Shown here in pieces: positions 1 to 10,048 of a stretch of 64,000 nt of DNA. The DNA is from a virus (lineage: Duplodnaviria; Caudoviricetes): the IMG/VR virus record IMGVR_UViG_3300010162_000393, positions 64,001 to 128,000 of that record; one strand, written 5' to 3'. The notes beneath the pieces are model-generated. The model searched no databases. It had not been told where the DNA came from and was given only the letters and a program-made list of their open reading frames with translations. Both the position numbers and the translations under genes were made by a program. Position 1 is the stretch's first letter; each line of letters opens with the position of its first letter.

Positions 1-1
1 T

Positions 2-2728
2 TTGGTGTTGAATAGTGTTGGTAGTACTGTTAATAACTCACCGTTTCCTAATAGCATACAAGAGGTATATGTAAATAGAAATATATCTCGTAGCAATGGT
101 ATGTGGGCATTGTTTGGTATAAATGTGGTGAAATGTGTTGTTGATGTAGATGTTACATATATTGAAAATTATGCTTTTAATCGTTGCACTTTGTTAAAAG
201 AATTGACTATACCATTGACTTTATCAAGAGTTAAAGAACATGCATTTAATAGTTGTATTTTATTAGAAAATATAGAAATACCAACTTCTATTGATGAAAT
301 TGAAAATAGTGTTTTTTATAATTGTGTTAGTTTTACTTCGGTGATAATACCAACAAATATTAAAAAAATTGGTGTAAATTCCTTTAATAGTTGTAGGGGG
401 TTAGTTTCAATAACGATACCTAATTCTGTTATAGAAATTGGTGAGGGTGCATTTAGTGCTTGTAATAGTTTACCTGAAATAACTATACCAAATTCAATTA
501 CTTCAATTAGTAACGGTGTGTTACAATCATGTAAAAGTTTGAAAAAAGTTAATCTCCCAAATACAATTGTGTCAATTGGGAATTATGCTTTTTATGATTG
601 TATTGTTTTAGATGATATAACAATACCATCTTTAGTTACATCTATTGGTGTTGGTGGATTTGGAAATTGTTATAATTTACCTTCACCAACCCTTCCAAAT
701 ATTTTGGAAATAAATGACCACACTTTTCAAAATTGCGGTACTTTTACAAACATAACAATTCCAAATTCAGTAACGAGAATTGGTGTAAGTGCTTTTTTTG
801 GTTGTAGTAAATTGGTTAGTGTAAACATAGGTAGTTTTGTAACAACAATCGAAGACAATGCTTTTTGGCAATGTATTTTTTTACCATCAATAACTATACC
901 GAATTCGGTTAAAACAATTGGGGAGAATGTGTTTCTTGGTTGTTATAGTTTAACTTCTGTAACTATTCCAACATCTGTTATATCAATAGGTAGAAGTTGT
1001 TTTCAGGGGTGTTTAGCATTACCTTCAATTCAAATACCGAACTCAATTACTGTTCTTGAAGACAATCTTTTTCTTGGATGTACTAATTTAACCGTAGTAA
1101 ATTTACCTAACTCAATTTTAACGATTAAAGATTGTGTATTTAAAAATTGTGTTAAATTACCATCAATAGTAATCCCAAATTCTGTTATTACAATTGAAAG
1201 TAGTGTTTTTGAAAATTGTACAAGTTTAATTAGTGTTACGATTGGCACTTCTGTTGTAAAAATAGGTCATAACTGTTTTTTCAGATGTACTGCTTTGCCA
1301 TCAATTGTTTTTCCTAATTCTGTAACAACAATAGGACAATATTGTTTTTTTGAATGCGCATCTTTAACTTCGGTTACATTACCAAATACCCTTAAAGTGG
1401 TTGGTATGAAATCGTTTTATAATTGCACAGGATTACTTTCGATAACTTTCCCGAATACGGTTGAAATAATTGAAGAAGCTGCTTTCCAATTATGTTCAAA
1501 ATTGGAAGAAATAACAATACCAGATTCTGTTATTACTATTAGCGCACATGCTTTCAGAGTATGTACTAATGTAACCACATTGAGTCTTGGAAATTCAGTT
1601 GAAACTATTGGAGAATATGCTTTCCAAGGATGTAATAAAATAAATGGAATTACTATACCAAACTCTGTTATAACTATTAGAGAATACGCGTTCCAAGGAT
1701 GTACCGGAGTAACCTCCTTGTCTATAGGAAATTCAGTTGAAACTATTGGAGAATATACTTTCCACAATTGTAGAATGGTAAGTATAACAATTCCTTCATC
1801 AACTACAAGTATTGGGAGAAACGCTTTCCAAGGATGTAGTTCTGCGATCACTTTGGTTATTAATAACGGTCTTACTTTGATTAATACAGAATGTTTCAGT
1901 GGTTGTAGCGGATTAACTTCAGTATCTATACCAAATTCAATTACAACGATTGGAAATTATGCTTTTGCTACCACTTCCGCTTTAAGTACGATAACATTAC
2001 CAAATTCAATTACGGCGATTGGAAGTTATGCTTTTACAAATAGCGGATTAACTTCAGTAACAATACCGAGTAATAGTACCTTGAAAATAATATCTTCATA
2101 TTGTTTCAGTAGTTGTACTAAATTAACTTTAGTGACAATACCGGATACAATTACAACGATTGGAACTGGTGCTTTTACGAGTACTACCACTTTAAGTGCA
2201 ATAACATTACCAGATTCTATTACAAGGATTGAACCTTACGCATTTCAAAATAGCGGATTAGTTAGTATTGATCTTGGAGATTCGCTTACAACCATTGAGT
2301 ATGGTGCATTCCAGAATTGTACTAAATTAGAAAATATAATTCTACCAGAATCTTTAACAACATTAAGTTGGGATTATAATAATGACTGGGCGACTTATGG
2401 TGTTTTTAATAATTGTACTAGTTTGAAAAACATAAGTATTCCGTCTAAAGTTGTGTATTTACCTTCTAATATATTCCAGAGTTGTGCTGCGTTAGAAGCA
2501 GTGACACTTCCGGTTGGGTTATTGAGAATTTGGACGAGAGCATTTAGTGGTTGTACTGCTTTAAAGAATTTTTATAATTATTCAACACTTCCTCAAACAC
2601 TTGATGCAAATGTTATGGTTAATGTACCTGTTTCTACCTGTGTATTACATGTACCTGAAGGAAGGATTACAACATATCAATCATATGATATTTGGAAGGA
2701 CTTTACGAATATTGTTGAAATAGTCTAA
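2..2728 (+). CDS. BspA-type leucine-rich-repeat (LRR_5) protein, probably 5'-partial
   Basis: Tandem 23-aa repeats of consensus LxSITIPNSVTxIGxxAFxxC over almost the whole ORF; typical C-terminal cap (LHVPEG..YQS...WKDF); frame open at the window edge. Confidence 0.92.
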   Translation: MVLNSVGSTVNNSPFPNSIQEVYVNRNISRSNGMWALFGINVVKCVVDVDVTYIENYAFNRCTLLKELTIPLTLSRVKEHAFNSCILLENIEIPTSIDEIENSVFYNCVSFTSVIIPTNIKKIGVNSFNSCRGLVSITIPNSVIEIGEGAFSACNSLPEITIPNSITSISNGVLQSCKSLKKVNLPNTIVSIGNYAFYDCIVLDDITIPSLVTSIGVGGFGNCYNLPSPTLPNILEINDHTFQNCGTFTNITIPNSVTRIGVSAFFGCSKLVSVNIGSFVTTIEDNAFWQCIFLPSITIPNSVKTIGENVFLGCYSLTSVTIPTSVISIGRSCFQGCLALPSIQIPNSITVLEDNLFLGCTNLTVVNLPNSILTIKDCVFKNCVKLPSIVIPNSVITIESSVFENCTSLISVTIGTSVVKIGHNCFFRCTALPSIVFPNSVTTIGQYCFFECASLTSVTLPNTLKVVGMKSFYNCTGLLSITFPNTVEIIEEAAFQLCSKLEEITIPDSVITISAHAFRVCTNVTTLSLGNSVETIGEYAFQGCNKINGITIPNSVITIREYAFQGCTGVTSLSIGNSVETIGEYTFHNCRMVSITIPSSTTSIGRNAFQGCSSAITLVINNGLTLINTECFSGCSGLTSVSIPNSITTIGNYAFATTSALSTITLPNSITAIGSYAFTNSGLTSVTIPSNSTLKIISSYCFSSCTKLTLVTIPDTITTIGTGAFTSTTTLSAITLPDSITRIEPYAFQNSGLVSIDLGDSLTTIEYGAFQNCTKLENIILPESLTTLSWDYNNDWATYGVFNNCTSLKNISIPSKVVYLPSNIFQSCAALEAVTLPVGLLRIWTRAFSGCTALKNFYNYSTLPQTLDANVMVNVPVSTCVLHVPEGRITTYQSYDIWKDFTNIVEIV

Positions 2729-2742
2729 AATACCATTCCAAT

Positions 2743-2772
2743 AAAATCCCCATTACATTCAATGGGGATTTT
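2743..2772. terminator. Bidirectional intrinsic terminator
   Basis: AAAATCCCCATT-acattc-AATGGGGATTTT perfect hairpin between convergent genes. Confidence 0.85.
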
Positions 2773-2776
2773 TGTT

Positions 2777-2923
2777 TTATGGATATTCTGGGTTATCGTG
2801 ATATAAGAGGAATGTAAAAATACACTCATCGCAACCCCAACCGAAGTCATCATACCAAAAACCAACCTTTGCTCCACAATCACTGCAATGGCGTTGAAAA
2901 AATAGTTTTATTTTTTTCCACAT
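2777..2923 (-). CDS. 48-aa Zn-ribbon microprotein (not in ORF track)
   Basis: MWKKIKLFFQRHCSDCGAKVGFWYDDFGWGCDECIF...; CxxC..CxxC; TGTATATTTA motif upstream (2951-2960). Confidence 0.6.
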   Translation of the reverse strand: MWKKIKLFFQRHCSDCGAKVGFWYDDFGWGCDECIFTFLLYHDNPEYP

Positions 2924-2960
2924 AATTAAAAATTTTATTTTTGGTTTTAGTAAATATACA

Positions 2961-2994
2961 AAAAACCCCGAAAAATTAAAATTTCGAGGTTTTT
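2961..2994 (-). terminator. Intrinsic terminator of the tail sheath gene
   Basis: - strand AAAAACCTCGAAA...TTTCGGGGTTTTT just downstream of the sheath stop. Confidence 0.7.
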
Positions 2995-3016
2995 ATTGTT
3001 ATTATAATAGTATTTG

Positions 3017-6000
3017 TTATACCATTTCCATGCCCTGTTGGGTTATAACCCATTCTATCTCAATGTATTCCAACATACTATTAGGTTTAATCCATATTTT
3101 TGCCGGTAGAGTTCTATTTTCACGAGCTTCAACTGAATTATCAACTTCAATACGATAGTCGCTGATACCTCTATTTGTACGAACATCGTTTAGAATTGTA
3201 CTAGTATTCGACTTGAATTTATTGGCAGTTGTCATATCATTTGGAGTGAATAACAATCCTCTGTTAGCGTGTTCTACCAGTTCTTTCATTCTAATCATCA
3301 TACGTCTTACACCAATTCTTGTCAATGGTTCTCTGTCGCCGTCGTAAGAAACCTTAAGATTCTTTTGTCCCCAAGAATAAACTCCCTGTTTGGAGAATTT
3401 AACGACTGGGTTGATACGACTTGCTGTAAGAGCATCAGTTTCTTCCATTTTCAGGATTTTACGTGGTCCAATACAATCAATTTGACCGTTGTTAATACCT
3501 GCGGCAGGATACCATGAATATGAGGTGTTATCAATTTGTGTCATTAATTTGATAATATCCTTTGTGATTGGTAAGAAAATTGCTTTATTTTCCGCCATAT
3601 CGTAGTATTGACACCATGGATAGTATGTTGCGGTATAAGAAGAGTCGGTTTCCGCTACTTCCAGATTACCTACAACATCAAGTGCTGAATACATATTTGC
3701 AGGATTATCGTTTGCACCAGAAGGTTTGTCTGGGGTTGTTACAATGTAAATTGTTTTTTGATTGTAATCCCTTTCAACAACGTCTAATGCTTCTTTGTAT
3801 AACAAAGTATCATTTACGTAGTCAATACCAGGTGTTGCGAAAACGTTTATTGGGGTTGCAAATGGGTTTGCCATTGTTTCATATCCTGCCCAGAAAGCAT
3901 AGAAGTCTGAAGTTATTCCTCCGGCAGGTATTCCGTAATCGTCGTGTAAAACACTAAATCTTGAACCGGCACCGGATACACCAGATATTCTTCCTCTGTA
4001 TTTGTTTCTCTTGAAATTATCAGAAGTTGTTCTTATTGTTCTGTAAGGATCCCAACCATCATAACCGCCGTAGAAACATACCGTAAATTTACGCATATTC
4101 ATATCTTCATATATAGTTCCCAATACATCTTCGGCAGTTGAAATCATAGGTGGTTCATCTTCGCTACCTTTCATTTCCAGAGGCGGAGTTTGCCACGTAA
4201 ATACACCTTTTGTATGAAGATCGGCGTTTGTACCTGTGCAATCTACATTCGGGTTTTCACCATCAACAATGGTATTACAATTAGATATTCTTGAATCTAA
4301 GTGGAAACCGTCTGTATAATATCCGTCCGTATATGCGCTTCTACCTTTGTATGAGAAAATATCAGTATCAATACCAGTTAAATCAGATAATCCGAAATAT
4401 TGGCGTTTTGGTTTCATTCCTTCATAAACTTGTGTGTTGTATGCTAATTGCGGTTTTTGAACATTTGAACCCAAATATCTTACAGGATAACCCAAAAATC
4501 CACAAGGAATAGCGTATTTGATAGTATCGTTATCAGCAACTTCAACCATAATAAATGAAGACCTCTGAATAGTACTTCCGTTTACATCACCAATTCTGTT
4601 TAGAATATATCCAGAACTTGCTGGATTAAGATTACAAGATTTAAATATTTCCAACGGTTTTGCTGAACCATCATTGTCATAGAAATCACGAACAACAACA
4701 TCAAAATTTAAGGTAGCAGGATTAATATTCTGTATACTTATCTTGTAAAGTGTGTTTGCGTTGGTTCCATCTGATATGGTAAAAAATCTGAACAACTTTT
4801 TAACCTCATTTATCGAGAAGTTACCCATCATTTGAGAAACAACCCAAGGTGTTACCGGTGTTCTATATGGTTCCATATAATCCGAAATATTACCGATTAC
4901 TCTTTGGATGACATTTATATCGTTTCCTATTTTTACCTCATACTCTTCACCGGGTATAAAACCGCTACCAGGATTAATTATATTTATTTCAACAACACTT
5001 TCTTCTTTAATAACCGCTTCTGCTATTGCTGGTGTTCCGTTTTCAGGGTGTTCTACAAAAACATACGGTTTAGATTTATAACCAGAACCACCATGATTTG
5101 TTATTTTTATTTCTTTTATTGATGCCCCAACTGTGTATGATAACTCTGCTTTATTATCACCTGTATGATTATCATCTACAAGATGATATTTGACTCCGTT
5201 AATAAATATTACTTTATCTTCATCTGGTTCTTCAGTTTCTTCAACCTCTTCACCAATAAACATAATATCTATATTTTCTACTAATTGATAACCACTTCCT
5301 CCGTTACGAACTGAAATCTTTATAATTTTTCCATCATCATCAACTATTATATCACCAGCAGCTGCTTGTTTATCGGTATCCTCACCTAATGTTGGACCAC
5401 TAATTTTAATAAATATTTTGTCAGAATCATATCCCAAACCACCCTTTTCAACAAGTATTTCCATTACAACACCAGGTGTAAGTTCTACTTCTGCTTTTGC
5501 AATGTCATTGGTACCACCAGATAAATCAACTATTTCATAAAATAGATTTTCATTGATAACAAAAACGGAACTTTCTGTTTCTCCGGTAATTTTATCGGTA
5601 GGTGTATTTACTAATTGTTCGCCTAACCAATGATAATTATAATCCATTCCACCACCGGGGTTTAATGTTCTCCTGACAACAAAAATTTTTCCATTATCTT
5701 CTTTAGGGTCAATTATTTGTGAATGTTCTATTGTTTCACCTCTGAAAAAGTCGGTTATAATAGATTCTTCTTTTGTATACAAATACCTTTCACCATTATT
5801 ATTAGCATCCAAACTATGATTTGGTATTGTTAAAATTCCATTAACCGGTCTAAATTTTGGTATAATAGTTTCTTCATAACCTTGCCCAACTAATCCGTTG
5901 TATAAAACTTCCGGTACACCAGCCGGTTGTTTTGCTATCGCCTTTCCTATCAAAATTCCCTCAATATAATTTACCGGGTCCGTTGATTTTTTAACAACTA

Positions 6001-6976
6001 AATTTTGAAGTGCAACATCATACAATTCTTCAATGAAAATAGGTGTTGTTCCTTGCGCTGTCCCACCCAACACATTATAAATGTAATCTGAAGATCCTGG
6101 ATTAAGGGATACTGTATATGCGATATACTTCGGTGATTCGCCTTTTAATTTGCAAACAAGTTTGAATGTCCCAAAATCTATCGGAGTACAGGGTACGCCG
6201 TAAGCATCTGTATTTTCAAATGTTCCTGCCAATCCGCAAGTAAAATTTGCGGCAGTTTCACCGGCGGTTGAGATATAAACCTCATCAACATCCCAGTCGA
6301 ATGTATCGTATTGATAACTGGTTCCACAATAACCATATACTGCCAAATCATCCTCACAAAGATTTGTGAATATACTTATATGTGTTCCAAAAAACTTTTG
6401 ACCAAGTCCATATCTTACACCATTATAAACAACACCACATGTAAGACTATCACTCAATGGTTCATCGCTGGTTTGATCTTTTCTACCAACAACGTATTGT
6501 ACATTTTTTTCAATTTGACCACTTAATACCACATCATCAGAATATTTTGGTAATCCGAGAGTTTCAACATAACGACCTCTTGATCTGATTACACCAACCA
6601 ACATGTTGTGTCCTTCACCTGATCCGATTGCTCTTATAAGCCATGCTTTACCTGCGTTATATCCAGATAAACCGAGTACTCTTGTTACGTATAGTTGTTG
6701 CGATTCTGGTAAATAATCCTGTGCAATGTAAGGAAGTTCATATCGTGGGTATTTTGAACCACTATATTGTTCGGTTGATGTTCCACCAAATACATTTACA
6801 AAGTTTCTCCAATTATCAATAAAAATAGGAGTAAAAGCGGGTCCTTGAAGAGTTTCTCCGACAAGACCTAAACTTGTTATTCCTCCTATACTTTCTCTGG
6901 TTGCTCTCATTTCAGTTTCTTTCTGATAGATACCAGGAGTTGTATGGAATCCTTTTACATTAGTTAACAATGCCAT
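3017..6976 (-). CDS. gp18: Contractile tail sheath protein (T4 gp18-like) with large internal insertions
   Basis: N-terminal TPGIYQKE...GLVGETLQGPAF; C-terminal YYPW, WYPAAG, RINPV, WGQKNL, RIGVRR, IWIKP..LEYI sheath motifs. Confidence 0.93.
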   Translation of the reverse strand: MALLTNVKGFHTTPGIYQKETEMRATRESIGGITSLGLVGETLQGPAFTPIFIDNWRNFVNVFGGTSTEQYSGSKYPRYELPYIAQDYLPESQQLYVTRVLGLSGYNAGKAWLIRAIGSGEGHNMLVGVIRSRGRYVETLGLPKYSDDVVLSGQIEKNVQYVVGRKDQTSDEPLSDSLTCGVVYNGVRYGLGQKFFGTHISIFTNLCEDDLAVYGYCGTSYQYDTFDWDVDEVYISTAGETAANFTCGLAGTFENTDAYGVPCTPIDFGTFKLVCKLKGESPKYIAYTVSLNPGSSDYIYNVLGGTAQGTTPIFIEELYDVALQNLVVKKSTDPVNYIEGILIGKAIAKQPAGVPEVLYNGLVGQGYEETIIPKFRPVNGILTIPNHSLDANNNGERYLYTKEESIITDFFRGETIEHSQIIDPKEDNGKIFVVRRTLNPGGGMDYNYHWLGEQLVNTPTDKITGETESSVFVINENLFYEIVDLSGGTNDIAKAEVELTPGVVMEILVEKGGLGYDSDKIFIKISGPTLGEDTDKQAAAGDIIVDDDGKIIKISVRNGGSGYQLVENIDIMFIGEEVEETEEPDEDKVIFINGVKYHLVDDNHTGDNKAELSYTVGASIKEIKITNHGGSGYKSKPYVFVEHPENGTPAIAEAVIKEESVVEINIINPGSGFIPGEEYEVKIGNDINVIQRVIGNISDYMEPYRTPVTPWVVSQMMGNFSINEVKKLFRFFTISDGTNANTLYKISIQNINPATLNFDVVVRDFYDNDGSAKPLEIFKSCNLNPASSGYILNRIGDVNGSTIQRSSFIMVEVADNDTIKYAIPCGFLGYPVRYLGSNVQKPQLAYNTQVYEGMKPKRQYFGLSDLTGIDTDIFSYKGRSAYTDGYYTDGFHLDSRISNCNTIVDGENPNVDCTGTNADLHTKGVFTWQTPPLEMKGSEDEPPMISTAEDVLGTIYEDMNMRKFTVCFYGGYDGWDPYRTIRTTSDNFKRNKYRGRISGVSGAGSRFSVLHDDYGIPAGGITSDFYAFWAGYETMANPFATPINVFATPGIDYVNDTLLYKEALDVVERDYNQKTIYIVTTPDKPSGANDNPANMYSALDVVGNLEVAETDSSYTATYYPWCQYYDMAENKAIFLPITKDIIKLMTQIDNTSYSWYPAAGINNGQIDCIGPRKILKMEETDALTASRINPVVKFSKQGVYSWGQKNLKVSYDGDREPLTRIGVRRMMIRMKELVEHANRGLLFTPNDMTTANKFKSNTSTILNDVRTNRGISDYRIEVDNSVEARENRTLPAKIWIKPNSMLEYIEIEWVITQQGMEMV

Positions 6977-7008
6977 TTGCTTTATTTTTTTATTTAAATT
7001 ATTTATAT

Positions 7009-7016
7009 ATAAATAG
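7009..7016 (-). promoter_or_regulatory. Putative late promoter CTATTTAT (sheath)
   Basis: Motif recurs upstream of virion genes; here ~33 nt before the ATG. Confidence 0.7.
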
Positions 7017-7044
7017 AGGGAAATTTTTGGTTTAACGTCTATTT

Positions 7045-7587
7045 ATGGAAAATTCTCCTATGAGACAACCATCAAAAATAGCGAATGTACCACAATCTGA
7101 TAAACCGAATAAGAAGAAAAGTGTGAAAACACAGAAACTACCTATAAAGGCGGATATCAAGTTCTGGCTGTATAAAAAGGTTGCAATTTCTAAAAAAGGA
7201 AAAGATTTAGAGCTTGGTGTTACCACATCAAAATTAGAAGTTTTATTTAAAGAACAGTTTCTTGATAGGTTGGGTATAAAGTATATATACCAATGGAAGG
7301 CACCAACTAAAAGAGTATATGATTTTGCAATTTTAACGAAGGATGGTGGAATGATAGATTATCTGATCGAAATACAAGGGACGTTTTATCATGCTGATCC
7401 ACGAGTTTATGACCGTAAAAACTTGAAATATAACAACCAGAAAAGACAGATTATCATTGATGAACAGAAATTGACATGGGCGAACCAAAATGGGTTTGTA
7501 TTACTGCAAATTTTTGAAGATGATATAAAAAATCACCCCAAAAAAGTTTTGAAATTGTTGCGATCAAAAAGTGAGTGCGGAAACTAA
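7045..7587 (+). CDS. PD-(D/E)XK / Vsr-DUF559-like endonuclease
   Basis: SKLE...YDFAI...LIEIQGTFYHADP...GFVLLQIFE; CTATTTAT at 7039-7046 overlaps the ATG. Confidence 0.7.
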   Translation: MENSPMRQPSKIANVPQSDKPNKKKSVKTQKLPIKADIKFWLYKKVAISKKGKDLELGVTTSKLEVLFKEQFLDRLGIKYIYQWKAPTKRVYDFAILTKDGGMIDYLIEIQGTFYHADPRVYDRKNLKYNNQKRQIIIDEQKLTWANQNGFVLLQIFEDDIKNHPKKVLKLLRSKSECGN

Positions 7588-7607
7588 AATGTGATGTAAT
7601 TTTGTTG

Positions 7608-8732
7608 TCATTTCTGTAAATTTTTAATTTTATCATCATAATAACTAACTAACATTGGACTACCATCTATCATTCCCATAAACATAATATGTTTTAGTTT
7701 ATTTCTTTTACAATATGATTGAAGGTAGTTATATAGATCCATAATTATATATTGATGCTCTGATAATATTAGTTCAATATCATTTTCTTTCTTTATAATA
7801 AGGTTTTTATCATACACCATAATTTGTTTACTATCATCATCTAACAGTAAAATATTATTTATAATATGATTAACATCTATTTTATCATCATTACCCATAA
7901 TATTGAACTTTTGTTCGGAATGGTAGGGGTGTTTATCAATGATTATTAACTTGTTAAATTTACTTGTTGATTTAACTTTTGTGTTTATTAGTTTTCCGAG
8001 TTCATTTTTTTCTTTTAATGATATTGTACTATCTTCATTTCGTTCAATAAGTAGAATTTCATTATTTATCTTAACCGCCTTGTCTTTTTTAATAACATAT
8101 TTTTGTGGTAATGTTATTAAAGTATTATCTAATACGAGTTTTTTGAATAATTTAACAGCATCTTTTTTCAAAATGAATTGTTCGATTACTTCTTTCTTTT
8201 TTCTAAATTCAGATAAAACCAAAAGATATTTGTGTTTTAATTTTTCATCAATGAGTTTTTTATTATATTCCTCTATCAGACATTTATATGAACAATATTT
8301 TCCAATGTATCCTATATAATATTCCTTTCTTTTAAATTTCTTGTTGCAGAAAACACATTTATAGGTACGAACTTTACAAAACACCCTTCTTGTTTTAAAT
8401 CTATCCCTATATTTTGGCATTTCTTTTTCTTTCAACCAGTACTTATGTCTGTGTCTTTTTTTCTGTAATCGTTTATGTTCTTTCCAATGATATTCCGACA
8501 TATCATTTGGGAATTTTCGTTCTAATCCGTTTTTATGAGTACCCTTAAACTGAAAGTGGTTCTGAGGTCTTTGCCACAATTCTTTTTTACCTAACAGAAT
8601 ACATACCTTTGAGAATTTATTGATATAATATACCTTAGAATAATCAAACCTATCACCATGTATAGATTTTGCTCTTTTTATAAAAGTGTTTTGCCTTTCT
8701 AAACGATCTGCTTCGGTTACTATTTTTGGCAT
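7608..8732 (-). CDS. Hypothetical protein with an N-terminal homing-endonuclease-type repeat (DUF723-like) and a CxxC/CSxxC Zn finger
   Basis: FIKRAKSIHGDRFDYSKVYY resembles the repeats of 60801-62065; CVFC...YCSYKC. Confidence 0.55.
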   Translation of the reverse strand: MPKIVTEADRLERQNTFIKRAKSIHGDRFDYSKVYYINKFSKVCILLGKKELWQRPQNHFQFKGTHKNGLERKFPNDMSEYHWKEHKRLQKKRHRHKYWLKEKEMPKYRDRFKTRRVFCKVRTYKCVFCNKKFKRKEYYIGYIGKYCSYKCLIEEYNKKLIDEKLKHKYLLVLSEFRKKKEVIEQFILKKDAVKLFKKLVLDNTLITLPQKYVIKKDKAVKINNEILLIERNEDSTISLKEKNELGKLINTKVKSTSKFNKLIIIDKHPYHSEQKFNIMGNDDKIDVNHIINNILLLDDDSKQIMVYDKNLIIKKENDIELILSEHQYIIMDLYNYLQSYCKRNKLKHIMFMGMIDGSPMLVSYYDDKIKNLQK

Positions 8733-8785
8733 GTTGTTTATTTATGATTGTTTATCCAACACCATTGGATATTTAGATCTATCTA

Positions 8786-9481
8786 TTATTTTTTTTCTCG
8801 CCATTTAAAATAGTTAACCGGTTTTGTTTTTACTTTTCCATCTGGTTTTTGAAATACTAAAAAATGACTATGAAAACATCTGGCATGTTCCTGTTTTTTT
8901 ATATTTCCTATAAGACGACTTTTTGCAAGTAATAAAAACTCATCCTGTGGGTAAAAACCTATTTCTTCTGCTATTTTCCAACTATAATATGGTGTAAAAT
9001 ATTTTTTACTTCCTGATATAGTGGACTGTGTCTTGAACACACAAAATCCACCAGGTTTCAAATATTTAAAAGCATTATATAAAAAGTGATAATAACTTTT
9101 GAATAATTCGTCAATAGGGTAATAACCTTGAAATCTCTTAACAATAATACAAGAATGTGGATCACCCATTTGTTCTTCTTTAACACTACCGGAACAAACA
9201 AATGGTAAATCAATGTTAATACTCTTCAATGAGTTTATTTCTAGTGGCCACTTTCCAAATGGTTCAATTTTTTCAACACCTTCTACTATCGGATAAACAT
9301 CAAACTTATATTTAGGTGGATTTAAATTAAATTCACCACCTTTATTATAATATCCGCCTTTTGAATATGTTGGATCGCACTCAAAATCTTCACCATTAAG
9401 ATAAAGTTTTTGAATATTATACATAATCTCAAACTGATTTTCCGATATACTTTTAATAATATCTTTGTATTCGACTCCCAT
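8786..9481 (-). CDS. Putative DNA amino-methyltransferase
   Basis: DPTYSKG (motif I-like), IDLPF (DPPF-like), LKPGGFCVFK. Confidence 0.65.
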   Translation of the reverse strand: MGVEYKDIIKSISENQFEIMYNIQKLYLNGEDFECDPTYSKGGYYNKGGEFNLNPPKYKFDVYPIVEGVEKIEPFGKWPLEINSLKSINIDLPFVCSGSVKEEQMGDPHSCIIVKRFQGYYPIDELFKSYYHFLYNAFKYLKPGGFCVFKTQSTISGSKKYFTPYYSWKIAEEIGFYPQDEFLLLAKSRLIGNIKKQEHARCFHSHFLVFQKPDGKVKTKPVNYFKWREKK

Positions 9482-9867
9482 TACGTATTTGTTTCTTGAA
9501 GTTTTTCCATTAATGTTACCGCCAATTCCAAATGTTGTTCAACGTTGTGATTGAGAATGAAATTTACATTAGCAACTCCGTCATCATAATCACATTTCTG
9601 TTTTATTTTAAGTTCGTAAATTGCGCGCTCATCTTGTGGTCGATAAGTATCTATATCATAGAAAATATCAAAATCCGGATTTACATTAGAAAGTTTATGT
9701 ATAATATCTTCTAATTTTTCTGTAAAATCTTCGATAGAGATTAGTTTTAATTTTGCGACATACCATAAGTTTATTTGAATACGGTAATCACCTTCTTCCC
9801 ACAAAGGTACTGTAATGAAATTTTCACTACAATATGGAATAATTTTTTGAATTAATTTTTGACACAT
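9481..9867 (-). CDS. Hypothetical protein
   Basis: 128-aa ORF tightly packed in a - strand operon. Confidence 0.65.
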   Translation of the reverse strand: MCQKLIQKIIPYCSENFITVPLWEEGDYRIQINLWYVAKLKLISIEDFTEKLEDIIHKLSNVNPDFDIFYDIDTYRPQDERAIYELKIKQKCDYDDGVANVNFILNHNVEQHLELAVTLMEKLQETNT

Positions 9868-9868
9868 A

Positions 9869-10048
9869 TTATTTTATTTTTTTAAAATTACAATTTTTAC
9901 AATATAGGGTTTTGTTGTTATCGGTATTTATCATAAAACTACCACACAATGGACATTTTTCTCGTTTATACAAACTAAGTACAAAAAATACGCATAACAT
10001 TGCTAATGATATACGAATAAGTACCGATATTATTGTTGCGGTGTTCAT
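9869..10048 (-). CDS. 59-aa membrane-anchored Zn-ribbon protein (not in ORF track)
   Basis: MNTATIISVLIRISLAMLCVFFVLSLYKREKCPLCG...YCKNC; start overlaps the dut stop and the ORF fills the gap exactly. Confidence 0.65.
   Translation of the reverse strand: MNTATIISVLIRISLAMLCVFFVLSLYKREKCPLCGSFMINTDNNKTLYCKNCNFKKIK

Noticed and set aside
2-2728. Diversity-generating retroelement acting on the LRR or fibre genes
   Set aside because: No reverse transcriptase or adenine-specific TR/VR pair seen in the window.
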